From assembly GCA_965218775.1 (NCBI GenBank), contig CBDCLS010000005.1, positions 961,263-1,025,262 on the forward strand: a stretch of 64,000 bases of DNA. The letters run 5' to 3'. Positions within the stretch are counted from its first letter, which is position 1, and every line of letters begins with the position of its first letter. Position numbers and translations under genes: made by a program. Below the pieces are notes generated by a model. That model had not been told where the DNA came from. It saw only the letters and a program-made list of their open reading frames with translations, and searched no databases. This document shows positions 10,606 to 20,795 of this stretch, in pieces. The stretch is from Acidobacteriota bacterium. GTDB taxonomy: Bacteria > Acidobacteriota > UBA6911 > RPQK01 > JAJDTT01.

Positions 10606-11359
10606 TGGCTTGCTCCCCCAGGATTCTCACCAGATTGCCCTCGCAGATGAGTGCCAGATCGTCGTCTGACAGCCCCACATGGTGGAGGTAGAAAAGCATC
10701 GGACCCATGGCCAGCCTCCAATACCAGGATCCGAAGACGAAACGGCTCGCGCCAAATTCGTCGAGCAGATCTTCCAGCTGGCCGATAGGCTCGAAGCGAC
10801 TCAGCTCCAGATGAGCTCGGGGCAGCGCCTTCATCATGGGCTGGACCCAGAGGGCATGCATGTAGTGGGCACCCACCAGGACTGTCTCCAGATCCGGGTA
10901 GGCCTGAAGCGTACTTACCAGCTCGTGAGCATCCATCTCCGGCAGCGCCACCCAGAGCGGGATGCCTTCCTGGCTGAGCCAGCTCAACAAGGGATCGTAG
11001 GACCAGGGCCGGAAGGGGAATTGGACGATGTCCAGGCCGGCCAGGCGCACACTGCTGACCCTGCCCTGGGCATGGAGCCCGCGAATCTGCTCGAGAGAGC
11101 GGGGGGTGGGGTGGGCGGTCCACTGTGGATAGAGGCGCCCATCCTCTCCCAGCCAGTTTTCCAGAGCCCGATTGGCGTCCACTGGACTGGTCCTGTCCGC
11201 CAGGGCGTGGTAGATGACGGCTCTCTGGACGCCGTGGGTGTCCATTTCTGCCAGCAGACCAGCACGGTCAGGGCAGGGAGAGAGTTCGTCGTGGGCGTCT
11301 CCAACCTTCACATTGGCGTCGAAGACCGGGACACGAGGTTTGAAGGAAAGGGATGTCAT
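10598..11359 (-). CDS. Amidohydrolase-2 family protein (tandem paralog)
   Basis: Similar architecture to 9853-10605 (FGS.. C-terminal motif, TIM-barrel pattern); 253 aa. Confidence 0.65.
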   Translation of the reverse strand: MTSLSFKPRVPVFDANVKVGDAHDELSPCPDRAGLLAEMDTHGVQRAVIYHALADRTSPVDANRALENWLGEDGRLYPQWTAHPTPRSLEQIRGLHAQGRVSSVRLAGLDIVQFPFRPWSYDPLLSWLSQEGIPLWVALPEMDAHELVSTLQAYPDLETVLVGAHYMHALWVQPMMKALPRAHLELSRFEPIGQLEDLLDEFGASRFVFGSWYWRLAMGPMLFYLHHVGLSDDDLALICEGNLVRILGEQAND

Positions 11360-11560
11360 TGGTTCTCCTCGGCCTATCTTGATCGGATCTGGGATAGGCA
11401 GGAATTAGTTGATTTTTGAGGTGGGACTATAGCAGAGTCTGGCGACTGAAAACAGGTCTGTTTGACGCTCGGGGAACGGAACCTGGATCGAGGCTGGGGA
11501 ATAGCGGCCTGGCCCAACCCGGGATGTGAGGTTCAAGCGACCCGATGGTGTCAAGCTATG

Positions 11561-11676
11561 TTGAAACTTCATACGCAGAAGTAGCTTTGGCCTCCAGGCC
11601 GAAGTCTTATTCTTATGAGCCTTTGGCGGACGGCGGCCTGGAGGCCACCGCTACTCCGGACCCGAAGTTTCGTTCC
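11561..11676. repeat. REP family A, extended full copy 2 (lies in the 5' leader of the ABC transporter operon)
   Basis: ttgaaacttcatacgcagaa-gtagctttggcctccaggccgaagtcttattcttatgagcctttggcggacggcggcctggaggccaccgctac-tccggacccgaagtttcgttcc. It is near-identical to the 16091-16185 copy. Confidence 0.75.
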
Positions 11677-11679
11677 CGA

Positions 11680-12435
11680 ATGGGGCAGCACCGCTGGGGG
11701 GACACTAAGTGGAAACATCGTGCTCGTGGTTTCGGTGTGGTAAAAAGCAGCGACGTGGTGAAGCCGGTGCTCTCCTTTAAACGTGTTTCCAAGATCTATG
11801 ATTCCGGAGCCGGTGACCGCTACGCCCTGCGGGAGGTCTCATTCGATCTGTCGCCGGGGCAACGAGTAGCCGTCCAGGGGCGAAGTGGCAGTGGTAAATC
11901 GACGCTGTTGCATATCGCTGCCGGGATCGATCTACCTTCAGAGGGGGAAGTCTGGATTGAAGGCCGCAACCTTGCCAGTCTCTCGGAACGCGACCGAGCC
12001 CTGCTGCGGCGCGACGGTGTCGGCCTGGTCTGTCAGTTTTTCTACTTGCTATCCCATCTTTCAGTCGCTGAAAACGTCGGTCTTCCTGAGCTGGTGTCTG
12101 GCGGCCGACCCTTCCAGTTCCTCCCGCGAGTGAAAGCCCTACTCGAACGAGTGGACCTGGCCGATCGAGCCGATGATCCCATCCATCAGCTCAGCGGAGG
12201 AGAGATGCAACGGGTCGCTATTTGTCGGGCACTCTTGCGCCGGCCGCGGCTTCTCCTGGCAGACGAGCCCACCGGCAACCTCGATGATGACAATAGTCAA
12301 CAGGTTCTGCAGCTCATGCTCTCATTGGCAGAAGAGGAAGGCAGTACCCTGATCTACGCCACTCACAGCCGGGAACTCGCCACCCTGGCGGACCAGCGTT
12401 GGCATCTCCACAGTGGCATCATGGAGCGGATATGA
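11680..12435 (+). CDS. ABC transporter ATP-binding protein (LolD/MacB-type)
   Basis: Walker [10 protein letters not shown], signature [11 protein letters not shown], Walker [13 protein letters not shown]. The track ORF starts at 11545 but that start lies inside the REP copy. First ATG downstream of the REP copy chosen as start; exact start uncertain (a GTG near 11750 is also possible). Confidence 0.85.
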   Translation: MGQHRWGDTKWKHRARGFGVVKSSDVVKPVLSFKRVSKIYDSGAGDRYALREVSFDLSPGQRVAVQGRSGSGKSTLLHIAAGIDLPSEGEVWIEGRNLASLSERDRALLRRDGVGLVCQFFYLLSHLSVAENVGLPELVSGGRPFQFLPRVKALLERVDLADRADDPIHQLSGGEMQRVAICRALLRRPRLLLADEPTGNLDDDNSQQVLQLMLSLAEEEGSTLIYATHSRELATLADQRWHLHSGIMERI

Positions 12436-14957
12436 GGCGCTACCTTTTCCTTTCCCTCCGAGCCCAGATTCGGGCTGGGCGCGCTCTCTACGTTCTCACC
12501 GTTCTTGGGGTTGCGCTCGGTGTCGCCTCGGTTGTCTGTATCCAGATCATCAACCGAAATTCTCTAGCGGCTTTCAGGGGGAGTATTGAAGCGGTCAGTG
12601 GCGAGGCCGACTTTACCATTCTGAGTCGAACTCCGACCCTTTCTGAAACGCTCTATCCAAAGGTTCTTGGAGCAGAAGGCGTAGCCGCGGCCTGGCCTTT
12701 GTGCCGTCTCGATGTGGCACTAGCCGGCTCCGCTGGTATTTTCCTGGAGGTTCTGGGAATCGATTTCTTCGCTCCTGTGCGGATGCCCTGGGAAGGAGAG
12801 CGAGGCGAGGACTGGAGCATCTTGGATCAGCCGGGATGGGCGGCCGTGTCGCCCCAACTGGCGAAGGATATGGGCTGGATCGTTGGAGATCGATTCCAGG
12901 TCTCGATCGGTTCCCGCAACCTGCAGCTGACGGTTGGAGCGCTGGTGGATTTTCGCCGATTGACCCCTTTTGCGAGCAGCAAACTCGTCGTGATGGATAT
13001 CTCCCAGGTGCAGGGTCTGCTCGCGCGTTCGGGCGAGATCGATCAGATCGACGTCAGATTGGACCCGGCTGCGAACCTGGCGGAGGTTGTCGCCGATCTT
13101 CAGTTTCGATTGGGCCCGTCCGTGCGAATCTTGACTCCCGAACAGCGAGAGAGCATGGCCTCCGATTTACTCGAGGCCTTCCGGCTCAACCTGACGGCGT
13201 TGAGCTTGATTAGCCTCTTCGTCGGTCTTTTTCTCGTCTATAGCAGCACTCAGGCCCTGCTCGTCCGCCGGCGTACCGAGTTTGGTGTGCTCCGATCACT
13301 GGGAGCGACTCGGACGCAGTTACTGAGTCTCATCCTTCGGGAGGTACTCCTCATCGGGGTAGTGGGTGTCGTTCTGGGAATCCCTCTGGGTTACTGGGCT
13401 GCCCAGGCGAACGTGGAGGTGGTGAGCGGGACCCTCCGCAACCTCTACCTACTGGCGGAAATCGAATCGCTGGAGATTCCTCTCTGGATCTACCTGCTGG
13501 CGGCAGTGATCGGAATTGGAGGAGCAGTCGCCGGTGCCCTGATACCTGCTCTCGATATGAGTCGACGACAGATCAGGGCCTTACTGACGCCGCCGATTCT
13601 GCACCAGAGGGTCGCCTCGCTGGCCCTCCCGCTCTTTCTTGGGGGAGCGCTGGTTCTAGTCCTCACTGGGTTGTGGTATCAGTTGTACGGCTGGACCTGG
13701 AAGCCCTCCGGATTCGTGCTTGGTATCGCCGTCCTGGTTGTGCTTCCTCTGTCTGCTCCCCTCTTCATTCGCGGGATCACCGCGGCCGTTCCGGTTCGGC
13801 GGTTTGGTCTGGGTTACAGTCTCAAGAGCCTGGGTGCCAGACTTCAGACAACCTCTTTCGCCGTATCGTCACTCGCCGTTGCAGTCAGCATGCTGATCGG
13901 GATCACATTCATGATTGGCAGTTTTCGGCGAACCGTCGATGTCTGGGTCCGTGGGACGGTGAAAGCGGACATCTATGTCAGCACGTCCTCCTTTCGGGGA
14001 AAAGGAATTAAGGCGACTCTTGATGATCACCTCGTTTTCTCACTTTCGAACCTTCCCGGCATCAGAGCGGTGGACCGCCTGCGCAAGCTGGGGGTCTACT
14101 CGGGCAATCGCGAGATCTATCTGGCCGGGGTCGACATGAGCCTGGTGGGAGGCGAGGCGCGCTTTCCCCTACTCTACGGAGACCCATCGCAGGCCTGGCC
14201 GTTGCTGAGGCAGGGGAAGGCTGTTCTCATCGGCGAGACCCTCGCCCACAGGGCGGATCTAGGCGTGGGAGATCGGTTGCTAGTTTCCACTCCAAGAGGG
14301 GAAATACGGTTTCCTATCGTTGGGGTGTACTACGATTATTCCCCTGGGAAGGGCATGGCTGTGGTCGATCTTGAGGCTCTGGGTCAGCACTTCGGACCGG
14401 GACCTGCTCACAGCCTGGCCCTCTATCTGCAGGCGCCTGAGGAGACGGAGCAGGTTGTTGATCAACTCAAGCTTCGCTATGCGGAGACCCCGCTCCGGTT
14501 CCGGAGCAACCGCACTCTAAGGCAGGCGGTTCTGAAGATCTTCGATCAGACCTTTGCGATCACGCGACTCTTGCAGGCCATGTGCCTTTTGATTGCGGTC
14601 TGTGGAATTACGCTGACCCTCTTGATCCTGGCCCAGGAACGAATCTCTGAATTGGCCTTGTACCAAGCCTTGGGTGTCCTACGGCAGCAGATTTTCTGGA
14701 TCTTTGTGGGCAAGGGACTGGGAATCGGACTTCTGGGTCTGGTGTTGGGACTCCTGGGCGGAGTCGCCCTCGCCGCTATCCTGATCTTTGTTATCAATCG
14801 AGCCTATTTCGGATGGACCATACAGGTCTACTGGCCTTGGGCCTCGCTGATTCAGCAGACCGCGGCCATCCTGGGGGCCGCGCTTCTGGCAAGCCTTTAT
14901 CCTGCTCTCAGAGCCAGTCAGAGCCCGGCCGCTGTGCTGAGCCGAGACGACGTGTAA
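12432..14957 (+). CDS. ABC transporter permease, FtsX-like (duplicated MacB/LolE-type, ~840 aa)
   Basis: Two FtsX/DUF214 blocks, each with a large periplasmic loop followed by 3 TM helices. ATG at 12432 overlaps the upstream TGA (ATGA), which suggests translational coupling. Confidence 0.85.
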   Translation: MRRYLFLSLRAQIRAGRALYVLTVLGVALGVASVVCIQIINRNSLAAFRGSIEAVSGEADFTILSRTPTLSETLYPKVLGAEGVAAAWPLCRLDVALAGSAGIFLEVLGIDFFAPVRMPWEGERGEDWSILDQPGWAAVSPQLAKDMGWIVGDRFQVSIGSRNLQLTVGALVDFRRLTPFASSKLVVMDISQVQGLLARSGEIDQIDVRLDPAANLAEVVADLQFRLGPSVRILTPEQRESMASDLLEAFRLNLTALSLISLFVGLFLVYSSTQALLVRRRTEFGVLRSLGATRTQLLSLILREVLLIGVVGVVLGIPLGYWAAQANVEVVSGTLRNLYLLAEIESLEIPLWIYLLAAVIGIGGAVAGALIPALDMSRRQIRALLTPPILHQRVASLALPLFLGGALVLVLTGLWYQLYGWTWKPSGFVLGIAVLVVLPLSAPLFIRGITAAVPVRRFGLGYSLKSLGARLQTTSFAVSSLAVAVSMLIGITFMIGSFRRTVDVWVRGTVKADIYVSTSSFRGKGIKATLDDHLVFSLSNLPGIRAVDRLRKLGVYSGNREIYLAGVDMSLVGGEARFPLLYGDPSQAWPLLRQGKAVLIGETLAHRADLGVGDRLLVSTPRGEIRFPIVGVYYDYSPGKGMAVVDLEALGQHFGPGPAHSLALYLQAPEETEQVVDQLKLRYAETPLRFRSNRTLRQAVLKIFDQTFAITRLLQAMCLLIAVCGITLTLLILAQERISELALYQALGVLRQQIFWIFVGKGLGIGLLGLVLGLLGGVALAAILIFVINRAYFGWTIQVYWPWASLIQQTAAILGAALLASLYPALRASQSPAAVLSRDDV

Positions 14958-14972
14958 GGAGATCCTATTGCT

Positions 14973-16088
14973 GTGAGTCTTCGCCTCGCACTATCTATCT
15001 GCCTGCTCCTGGTTGCGGTTGAAGCCGCGGAATGGCGTCCAGCCCGGCCTGACTACTCCTGGTCGTTTCCGCAGCATCACTGGGCTCGGGAGGGCTACCG
15101 GACGGAGTGGTGGTATTTCGCCGGTCGACTGGTTTCCGAGAGCGACCCAGAACACATCTTCGGTTACCAGTTCACGTTCTTCCGAGTGGGACTGCTTCCC
15201 CGACGACCGCAGCTGGAGTCCCAGTGGGCTGCCAGCGATCTGGTAATGGGACATGCAGCCGTGACGGATCTCGCTGCGAAGCAGCATGTTTTCAGTGAAG
15301 TGTTCTACCGTGCCATTCCCCTGCTGGGCGGTTTTTCCCGCTACCCTGATCCACTGATCGCTTGGAGCCGGGCTCCCACTGGCACCGATGGCCGATGGAC
15401 CCTGGGCTGGAATGGTCAGGCCTTCGACTTTTCCATGAAGGACAGAGGGCAGGGGTTGGCCTTCGATCTGAAGACCCTGCCTAGCAAGGCTTTTGTCTTC
15501 CAGGGGCCAAACGGGTTTAGCCTCAAGGGTAGTGACAAGATGGCGGCCAGCCACTACTACAGCTTCACCCGTCTCCAGACGAAGGGCACGGTGACGATTG
15601 GGGGCCAGACGAAAAAGGTGCGGGGTGAGAGCTGGATGGACAAGGAGTTCGGCTCCAACCAGCTCAGCGCCAATCAGGTGGGGTGGGACTGGTTTAGTCT
15701 TCAACTCAGCGACGGTCGCGAGGTCATGCTCTATCTCCTGCGCGACGACCAGGGAGGAGTGGATTTTGCTCGAGGATCGCTGGTTTCAAGGACTGGTGAA
15801 GTGCGTCATCTGGCGGCGGGAGAATGGACAGTGCAGTCTAGCCGTACCTGGAAGAGTCGAGAGACCGGGGCCGAATATCCTGCTGGGTGGATGGTGAAAT
15901 TGCCGGATGCTGGCCTGGAGATGGCTGTGGTCCCTGAACTGCCAGACCAGGAGAACCGCAGCCGGATCGTAGAGGATCTCTTTTACTGGGAGGGTCTGGT
16001 GCGAGTGCAAGGTCCGGAAGGCAGGCAAATCGGTCATGGATACGTGGAGCTGACCGGCTACGGAACCGCTCGTCGGCCCGCGATATAA
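14973..16088 (+). CDS. AttH/CrtC-like lipocalin-fold protein (hydroxyneurosporene synthase-like), secreted
   Basis: Signal peptide; motifs WWYF, YSFTRL..G.V, ESWMDKEFGSNQL, WDWFSLQLSDG, typical of the AttH component of attFGH-type ABC/lipocalin operons. Confidence 0.7.
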   Translation: MSLRLALSICLLLVAVEAAEWRPARPDYSWSFPQHHWAREGYRTEWWYFAGRLVSESDPEHIFGYQFTFFRVGLLPRRPQLESQWAASDLVMGHAAVTDLAAKQHVFSEVFYRAIPLLGGFSRYPDPLIAWSRAPTGTDGRWTLGWNGQAFDFSMKDRGQGLAFDLKTLPSKAFVFQGPNGFSLKGSDKMAASHYYSFTRLQTKGTVTIGGQTKKVRGESWMDKEFGSNQLSANQVGWDWFSLQLSDGREVMLYLLRDDQGGVDFARGSLVSRTGEVRHLAAGEWTVQSSRTWKSRETGAEYPAGWMVKLPDAGLEMAVVPELPDQENRSRIVEDLFYWEGLVRVQGPEGRQIGHGYVELTGYGTARRPAI

Positions 16089-16090
16089 CC

Positions 16091-16185
16091 TGAAACTTCA
16101 TTTTCAGAAGTAGCTTTGGCCTCCAGGCCGAAGTCTTATTCTTCTGAGCCTTTGGCTCCGACGGCGGCCTGGAGGCCACCGCTAC
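16091..16185. repeat. REP family A, full copy 3 (between convergent genes)
   Basis: tgaaacttcattttcagaagtagctttggcctccaggccgaagtcttattcttctgagcctttggctccgacggcggcctggaggccaccgctac. Confidence 0.75.
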
Positions 16186-16201
16186 TGGGGGCGGGATAGA
16201 G

Positions 16202-18037
16202 CTACTGGACTGTCACGCGCTTGCGGTGTGTGGTCATCTCTCCGGAGGGCGTCTGGCGAAGGATGACGACCATTTCGTAGCTGCCAGGCGGTGCCTTCCC
16301 CTCGACGTCGATTCGGGCCGTCTCGTACCGGCGAAAATCAGCCAGTTGTTGAGCGTTGAACTCCAGATCGGCCTGTTTCTCCAAGAACATCTCTTCCTGA
16401 GCTAACTTACCGGATCCGTCGATCAGTGCGGCAAAGATCTCGACTACACATTTGTATTTGTCTCCTGCAGCTGCGAAGCCCAGAGCTTGCGTCGGAATAA
16501 CGGTGTTGAGTTGGATCTTGCCACCCCTGGTCGAGACCTGGAGCTCGGAGAGAAATTCTTGAAAAAGATGGGGAAACTTCAAGGCGTTGAGTAGGTCACG
16601 CTGGGCCATGGATTTCTTGTCCGTCTCGATGTAGCTCCTGCGAAAACGAAGCTCAAGCCGGGGACGGTTGACCTTCACTTTGATCGAGTGAAAGGCGCCC
16701 GGCCTTCTCTTGGCTGTGGGAACGAAGCCGACAAGGTAGTATTCGGACCGATCTTGGAAGGCTCTCCGAACTCCCTCGCCCAGGTCGTTGCTATCCACGA
16801 ACGAGCGTCCCCCAGTGCCCAGGGAAAGGGATACAAGGAAGTCCTGGGGACCGGTGATCTCTGCAAGTGACGACGAGAATTGGCTGAAAGAGCCCGAACC
16901 CCGGACGCTGGCATCGGACGGAGCCAACAGACCCCGGCTGTCGATGCTGTAGATCGAGACCTGGGATTGGTTGGACTGATCGATCACTGATCGCAGTTTA
17001 AGTCGCAGGCTCGAGGAGTATCCCAACCCCCGCAGCTCCCGGTTGACGAAGAGCATGATCGGGGTGCGATTGGGGTAGATCGCCACGGCTCGGTCCTCGA
17101 TGATCCGACTCACTACGGACCCAGCGTTGAGGGGATAGCCACCGGAAAAAAAGATGAGCTGTTTGCGCCCAGGGAGGGAACGCAGGCGCGTCGAGAGCGC
17201 CGCCAGTGAAGCGGTAGCAGTATTCACATGTTGGTCCAGATTGACCAGAAAGCCCCTGCCCATAGCCACAGAGGCCGAGACCAGAGACTCCACCACTGGA
17301 GGAAGCGTTTGCAGGGGTTGGGAAGTCAAGTCGAACGGGGGGACGCTGCCGAAGAGCTCTTCCATTTCCGCAATGAAGCGTGCGAATGAGTTGGCTCCCG
17401 ACGGGTTGACCCGTAGCTTCTCCACGGTATGCATCAGACTGGGGACGCTGGAGGTGAAGTTCTGTCTGACATGGAGACCTCGACTCAAACTGGCAATCAT
17501 CACCCGGTCGTCTGGCGTCAGCCCTGCATCGAGAAATCCTCGGATCGACTCCTTGACGCGTTTGAGGTCCAGATGGGCAATCGTGTCCAGATCAAGCAGA
17601 AAGACGTAGTACCTATGGTCTCCCCTGGGGGAAAGGCGGGGGTTTTTGCCCGTTTCGTCGGACAGAGTTGGGGCGATCTCCTTCACGGCGCTGGGCTGCC
17701 GTGACTTTTTTCCCCGAAGCTGCAGGAAAGAAGTGATCTGACGCTTCCCGTCCTCGTAAAGCTCGATTTCGTCGAGCTTGAGGTCGGACACAAAGTTACC
17801 CTCTCGATCCGTCACTACCAGATCGACCAGTACTACCTCCGATTCGGTGCTGAAGCTGGGTTGTTCCTGACCCTGGGCGAACGCAGCGTTTTGGCAGAGG
17901 GCAACAGCGGCAGCAAGAAAGCCGAAGAAGCGAGAGTGGTTCAGGAGGCTGTACCGGAGGTGGGATACGACTCTGCTGATCGAATGAGCCTGCGGAACAG
18001 ATTTTATAACGACTGAGGGTTGGCTCAAAGGACGCAC
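16202..18037 (-). CDS. Secreted VWA-related protein (Acidobacterial VWFA-type, TIGR03436-like); start set at GTG 18037
   Basis: The long ORF (to 18412) has no ATG before the hydrophobic signal segment LLNHSRFFGFLAAAVALCQNAAFAQ. A GTG at 18037 is preceded by GAGAAGG. An internal YYVFLLDLD...TIAH block resembles VWA. Family assignment is tentative. Confidence 0.45.
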   Translation of the reverse strand: MRPLSQPSVVIKSVPQAHSISRVVSHLRYSLLNHSRFFGFLAAAVALCQNAAFAQGQEQPSFSTESEVVLVDLVVTDREGNFVSDLKLDEIELYEDGKRQITSFLQLRGKKSRQPSAVKEIAPTLSDETGKNPRLSPRGDHRYYVFLLDLDTIAHLDLKRVKESIRGFLDAGLTPDDRVMIASLSRGLHVRQNFTSSVPSLMHTVEKLRVNPSGANSFARFIAEMEELFGSVPPFDLTSQPLQTLPPVVESLVSASVAMGRGFLVNLDQHVNTATASLAALSTRLRSLPGRKQLIFFSGGYPLNAGSVVSRIIEDRAVAIYPNRTPIMLFVNRELRGLGYSSSLRLKLRSVIDQSNQSQVSIYSIDSRGLLAPSDASVRGSGSFSQFSSSLAEITGPQDFLVSLSLGTGGRSFVDSNDLGEGVRRAFQDRSEYYLVGFVPTAKRRPGAFHSIKVKVNRPRLELRFRRSYIETDKKSMAQRDLLNALKFPHLFQEFLSELQVSTRGGKIQLNTVIPTQALGFAAAGDKYKCVVEIFAALIDGSGKLAQEEMFLEKQADLEFNAQQLADFRRYETARIDVEGKAPPGSYEMVVILRQTPSGEMTTHRKRVTVQ

Positions 18038-18183
18038 CAGCCTTCTCGGCAAGGAAGCCGTGGACACGGCGACTATTCTATCAGAGCCTTTTCTCTTTGT
18101 TTTTCCTGACACCCACCCGGATTGTTTGGTACTGCTTTTCGGCCTGTCTCCCAGCGATAGTACCTGTGCTAAACTTCCGGCCC

Positions 18184-19173
18184 ATGACCCACATTGATTA
18201 TCGAGAGTTCGACGGCCAGATCTGGGAAGAGGAGCTGGAAGACTTTGTCCCTTCTCTGGTCTACGACATGCACACCCACATGTGGTCTGAGGAGCACAAG
18301 GGGCAGAGTGCCCCCTCTGGCTTGCGTTGGGGAATCGACTATCAAGATCACCTGGCCTGGGCGGCCAAGTTGTATCCTGGCCGGGAAATGCACTATCTGG
18401 TCCTGGGAACACCGATTCTGGGCATCGACATCGAGGGACATAACGACTGGATGGCGGCCCAGATGGCTGCGGACCCCACCTCAGCCGTGAACCTACTGGT
18501 GGTGCCGGAGATGAGCCCTGAATACGTTGCCGAGCAGGTCCGGAAGCATGGCTTCCTGGGATTGAAGCCCTATCGACTGTTTGCCCCCGATCCTGCCAAT
18601 GGACGAATCCAGGACTTCCTTCCCGAGTCGTTCATCGAGGTGGCGCACGATCTCGGACTGGCGATTACCATGCACCTCTCTAAGAAGACGGGCCCGGCGG
18701 ACCCTGATAATCTCAAGGATCTGGAGTACTACACTCACAAGTATCCGCGGGCTCAGTGGATACTGGCCCACTGCGGCCGCGCCTTCAATGCCTTCATGCT
18801 GGAAGAGTCCATCCACCGGCTCAAGGACATGCCGAATCTCTGGTACGACACTTCGGCCGTCAATGAACTGTACTCCCACTATCTGCTGATGAAGCACGAG
18901 CATCGAAAGAGGGTGATGTTCGGTTCGGATAATGTTGCGGCGGGCTGCATCCGAGGGAAGTACGTCACCTGGGGGAAGGCCTGGCAGCACTTCGAGGGCT
19001 TGCCGGATCAGTCACACTGTGACCCCAGCGCCACCTTCGTCATCTACGAGCAGCTGAGGCAGGAAAGACAGGTTGCTGAGATACTGGGTCTGACTGAGGA
19101 TGAAATCGAGGATCACTTCTCGGGAAACGCCATCCGCTTCATCAACCAGGTACGCTCCGCGCGACCCAGTTGA
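18184..19173 (+). CDS. Amidohydrolase-2 family metal-dependent hydrolase
   Basis: MHTHMW metal-binding motif, and a TIM-barrel pattern with a conserved His (ILAHCGRAF). ATG at 18184 is the first Met after the overlap with the upstream gene. Confidence 0.7.
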   Translation: MTHIDYREFDGQIWEEELEDFVPSLVYDMHTHMWSEEHKGQSAPSGLRWGIDYQDHLAWAAKLYPGREMHYLVLGTPILGIDIEGHNDWMAAQMAADPTSAVNLLVVPEMSPEYVAEQVRKHGFLGLKPYRLFAPDPANGRIQDFLPESFIEVAHDLGLAITMHLSKKTGPADPDNLKDLEYYTHKYPRAQWILAHCGRAFNAFMLEESIHRLKDMPNLWYDTSAVNELYSHYLLMKHEHRKRVMFGSDNVAAGCIRGKYVTWGKAWQHFEGLPDQSHCDPSATFVIYEQLRQERQVAEILGLTEDEIEDHFSGNAIRFINQVRSARPS

Positions 19174-19179
19174 GGGCAC

Positions 19180-20760
19180 TCAGGGAACGAACTGGAACGA
19201 AAACAGTTTGGCTTTTTCCAAGTGAAATCTCAGTTTGATGGTCTTGCTCTGAAGCGCTGCTAGATCGCTGCGGCCCTTCCAGGCCACCGTGTGAGAGATT
19301 TCGTCTCCTCCGAACTCATCGGAATCCTCCTGCTGGAATCCTGGGATCGGCCGACCGGTCTTCGCGTCGAGGACTTCGACCCGGACGCTGCCGTAGCCGG
19401 GTCCCACAAACTTGTCCACACCGCTGGCATTGATCTGCAGCCGGCTCCCCTTGAAGGTCAGCGGTCGGGTGGTCAGCGTGCCCTGGCCGGCTATCGCGGC
19501 AAATCCGTCAAGGCGGAGGATGGCCAGCCCCACCTGGCCGCGCTGGTGCTCCTTGCGGTACTTGAACCAGTGATGACCAGTGAATCCCTCGTAGTAGAGC
19601 CAGATCTCTCCCCGGTCCTTGCGCACGATCCCGTTGTGAACCGAATAGACCAGGTCCTGGTCCCAGCTGCCTTCGGGCCCGTTGGGGATGAACTCGCGCC
19701 CCTGACCCACCCGAGTGAACTTCTCGCCATCGCGGCTCCAGAGCAGCTGCACATTCATCCGATCCATCCAGGGGGATCGGGCCTTACCGCTATCCATCCC
19801 TGCAGGCGCAACTCCGAACATGTTGTGGTAGACAGACGTGAAGCCCACGAAGCCGCCCTCGTAGGGCAGGACTTCGAGTGTATAGAAGTCGCGGCTTCCT
19901 ATCGGGTCCTTCTCGTCGGCGTGGAAACATATGAAGCGGTCGTCGGGATTCCGGTAGGTGGGAGGACTGTCCCAGTTGAGGAAATCGGTGCTGGTGGCAA
20001 AACCGGCGGTACGGGTGCGGGCACCTTCAGGATAGATGGACTCTGGTTCCATCCAGCGATTCAGGGAGGTGCCGGTTCTGAGATAGAGGATGTATCTCTG
20101 CCGATTGGAGTCCCACATGAGGTTGTTGTTGGTGTCACTCCAGAAGGGGACAGCAGGCTGATCGACCTGATAGGGCTTCCAGTTGAGACCGTCGGCAGAG
20201 TAGGCGGGGAACATCCCTTTCTTCCCATCCGGTCTGGCAAGGTAGATCATCTTGTATCGCTCTTGCTCGCGGTCGGTAGCCGGATCCCGGAAGACGGCGT
20301 TGCTCCACGCCTCCTCCGAGAAGGGTAAAGAGATGAAATTGGTGTCATATCCCAGATACTCGACCTGTCCCAGCTTCGGCTTGACCCAGTGGATCCCGTC
20401 TTTGGACTCGGCGTAGGCGAGCCACTTCTCGGACCAATCCCAATTGACCATCAGATCGTAGAAACGATAGACGCCCCGGTCCGGGTCGAAGAAGATCTGG
20501 CCGCAATCTCCGCCGTGCGACAGGCCTCCCTTGTGCTCCCAGTCCCTGTCGAGGCGGATGACGGGATTCTCGGGGTGCTTGAGGGGCTGGTTCATCAAGC
20601 GATAAACCCTAGGGCTCATGGCTTCGATCACGTAGTCGTCGATCAGAAGCTGCTTCTGCGAACCGATGGCGAGCGGTGTTTCTGCCGCGGCCTCCAGGCC
20701 CAGCAAGGGCTGGCCGAGCACGACGAGGGCGATCCACCGGGCTCTCACTGCTCTACGCAT
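19180..20760 (-). CDS. Secreted beta-propeller glycoside-hydrolase-like protein, paralog 1 (GH43/GH130/GH32-clan-like fold; family unassigned) with C-terminal beta-sandwich
   Basis: Signal peptide; N-terminal LLIDDYVIE...KHPENPVI; internal FRDP; C-terminal RVEVLDAKTGRPIPGF...LRFHLEKAKLFSFQF shared with two paralogs. Confidence 0.5.
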   Translation of the reverse strand: MRRAVRARWIALVVLGQPLLGLEAAAETPLAIGSQKQLLIDDYVIEAMSPRVYRLMNQPLKHPENPVIRLDRDWEHKGGLSHGGDCGQIFFDPDRGVYRFYDLMVNWDWSEKWLAYAESKDGIHWVKPKLGQVEYLGYDTNFISLPFSEEAWSNAVFRDPATDREQERYKMIYLARPDGKKGMFPAYSADGLNWKPYQVDQPAVPFWSDTNNNLMWDSNRQRYILYLRTGTSLNRWMEPESIYPEGARTRTAGFATSTDFLNWDSPPTYRNPDDRFICFHADEKDPIGSRDFYTLEVLPYEGGFVGFTSVYHNMFGVAPAGMDSGKARSPWMDRMNVQLLWSRDGEKFTRVGQGREFIPNGPEGSWDQDLVYSVHNGIVRKDRGEIWLYYEGFTGHHWFKYRKEHQRGQVGLAILRLDGFAAIAGQGTLTTRPLTFKGSRLQINASGVDKFVGPGYGSVRVEVLDAKTGRPIPGFQQEDSDEFGGDEISHTVAWKGRSDLAALQSKTIKLRFHLEKAKLFSFQFVP

Positions 20761-20795
20761 TGTCCTTGCTCTCCAGGGTGATGCTCTACTGGGAA

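Noticed and set aside
11545-11679. Upstream extension of the ABC ATPase ORF (track start 11545).
   Set aside because: The extension is encoded by the REP element (11561-11676). The first ATG downstream of the REP (11680) or an internal GTG is the more plausible start.
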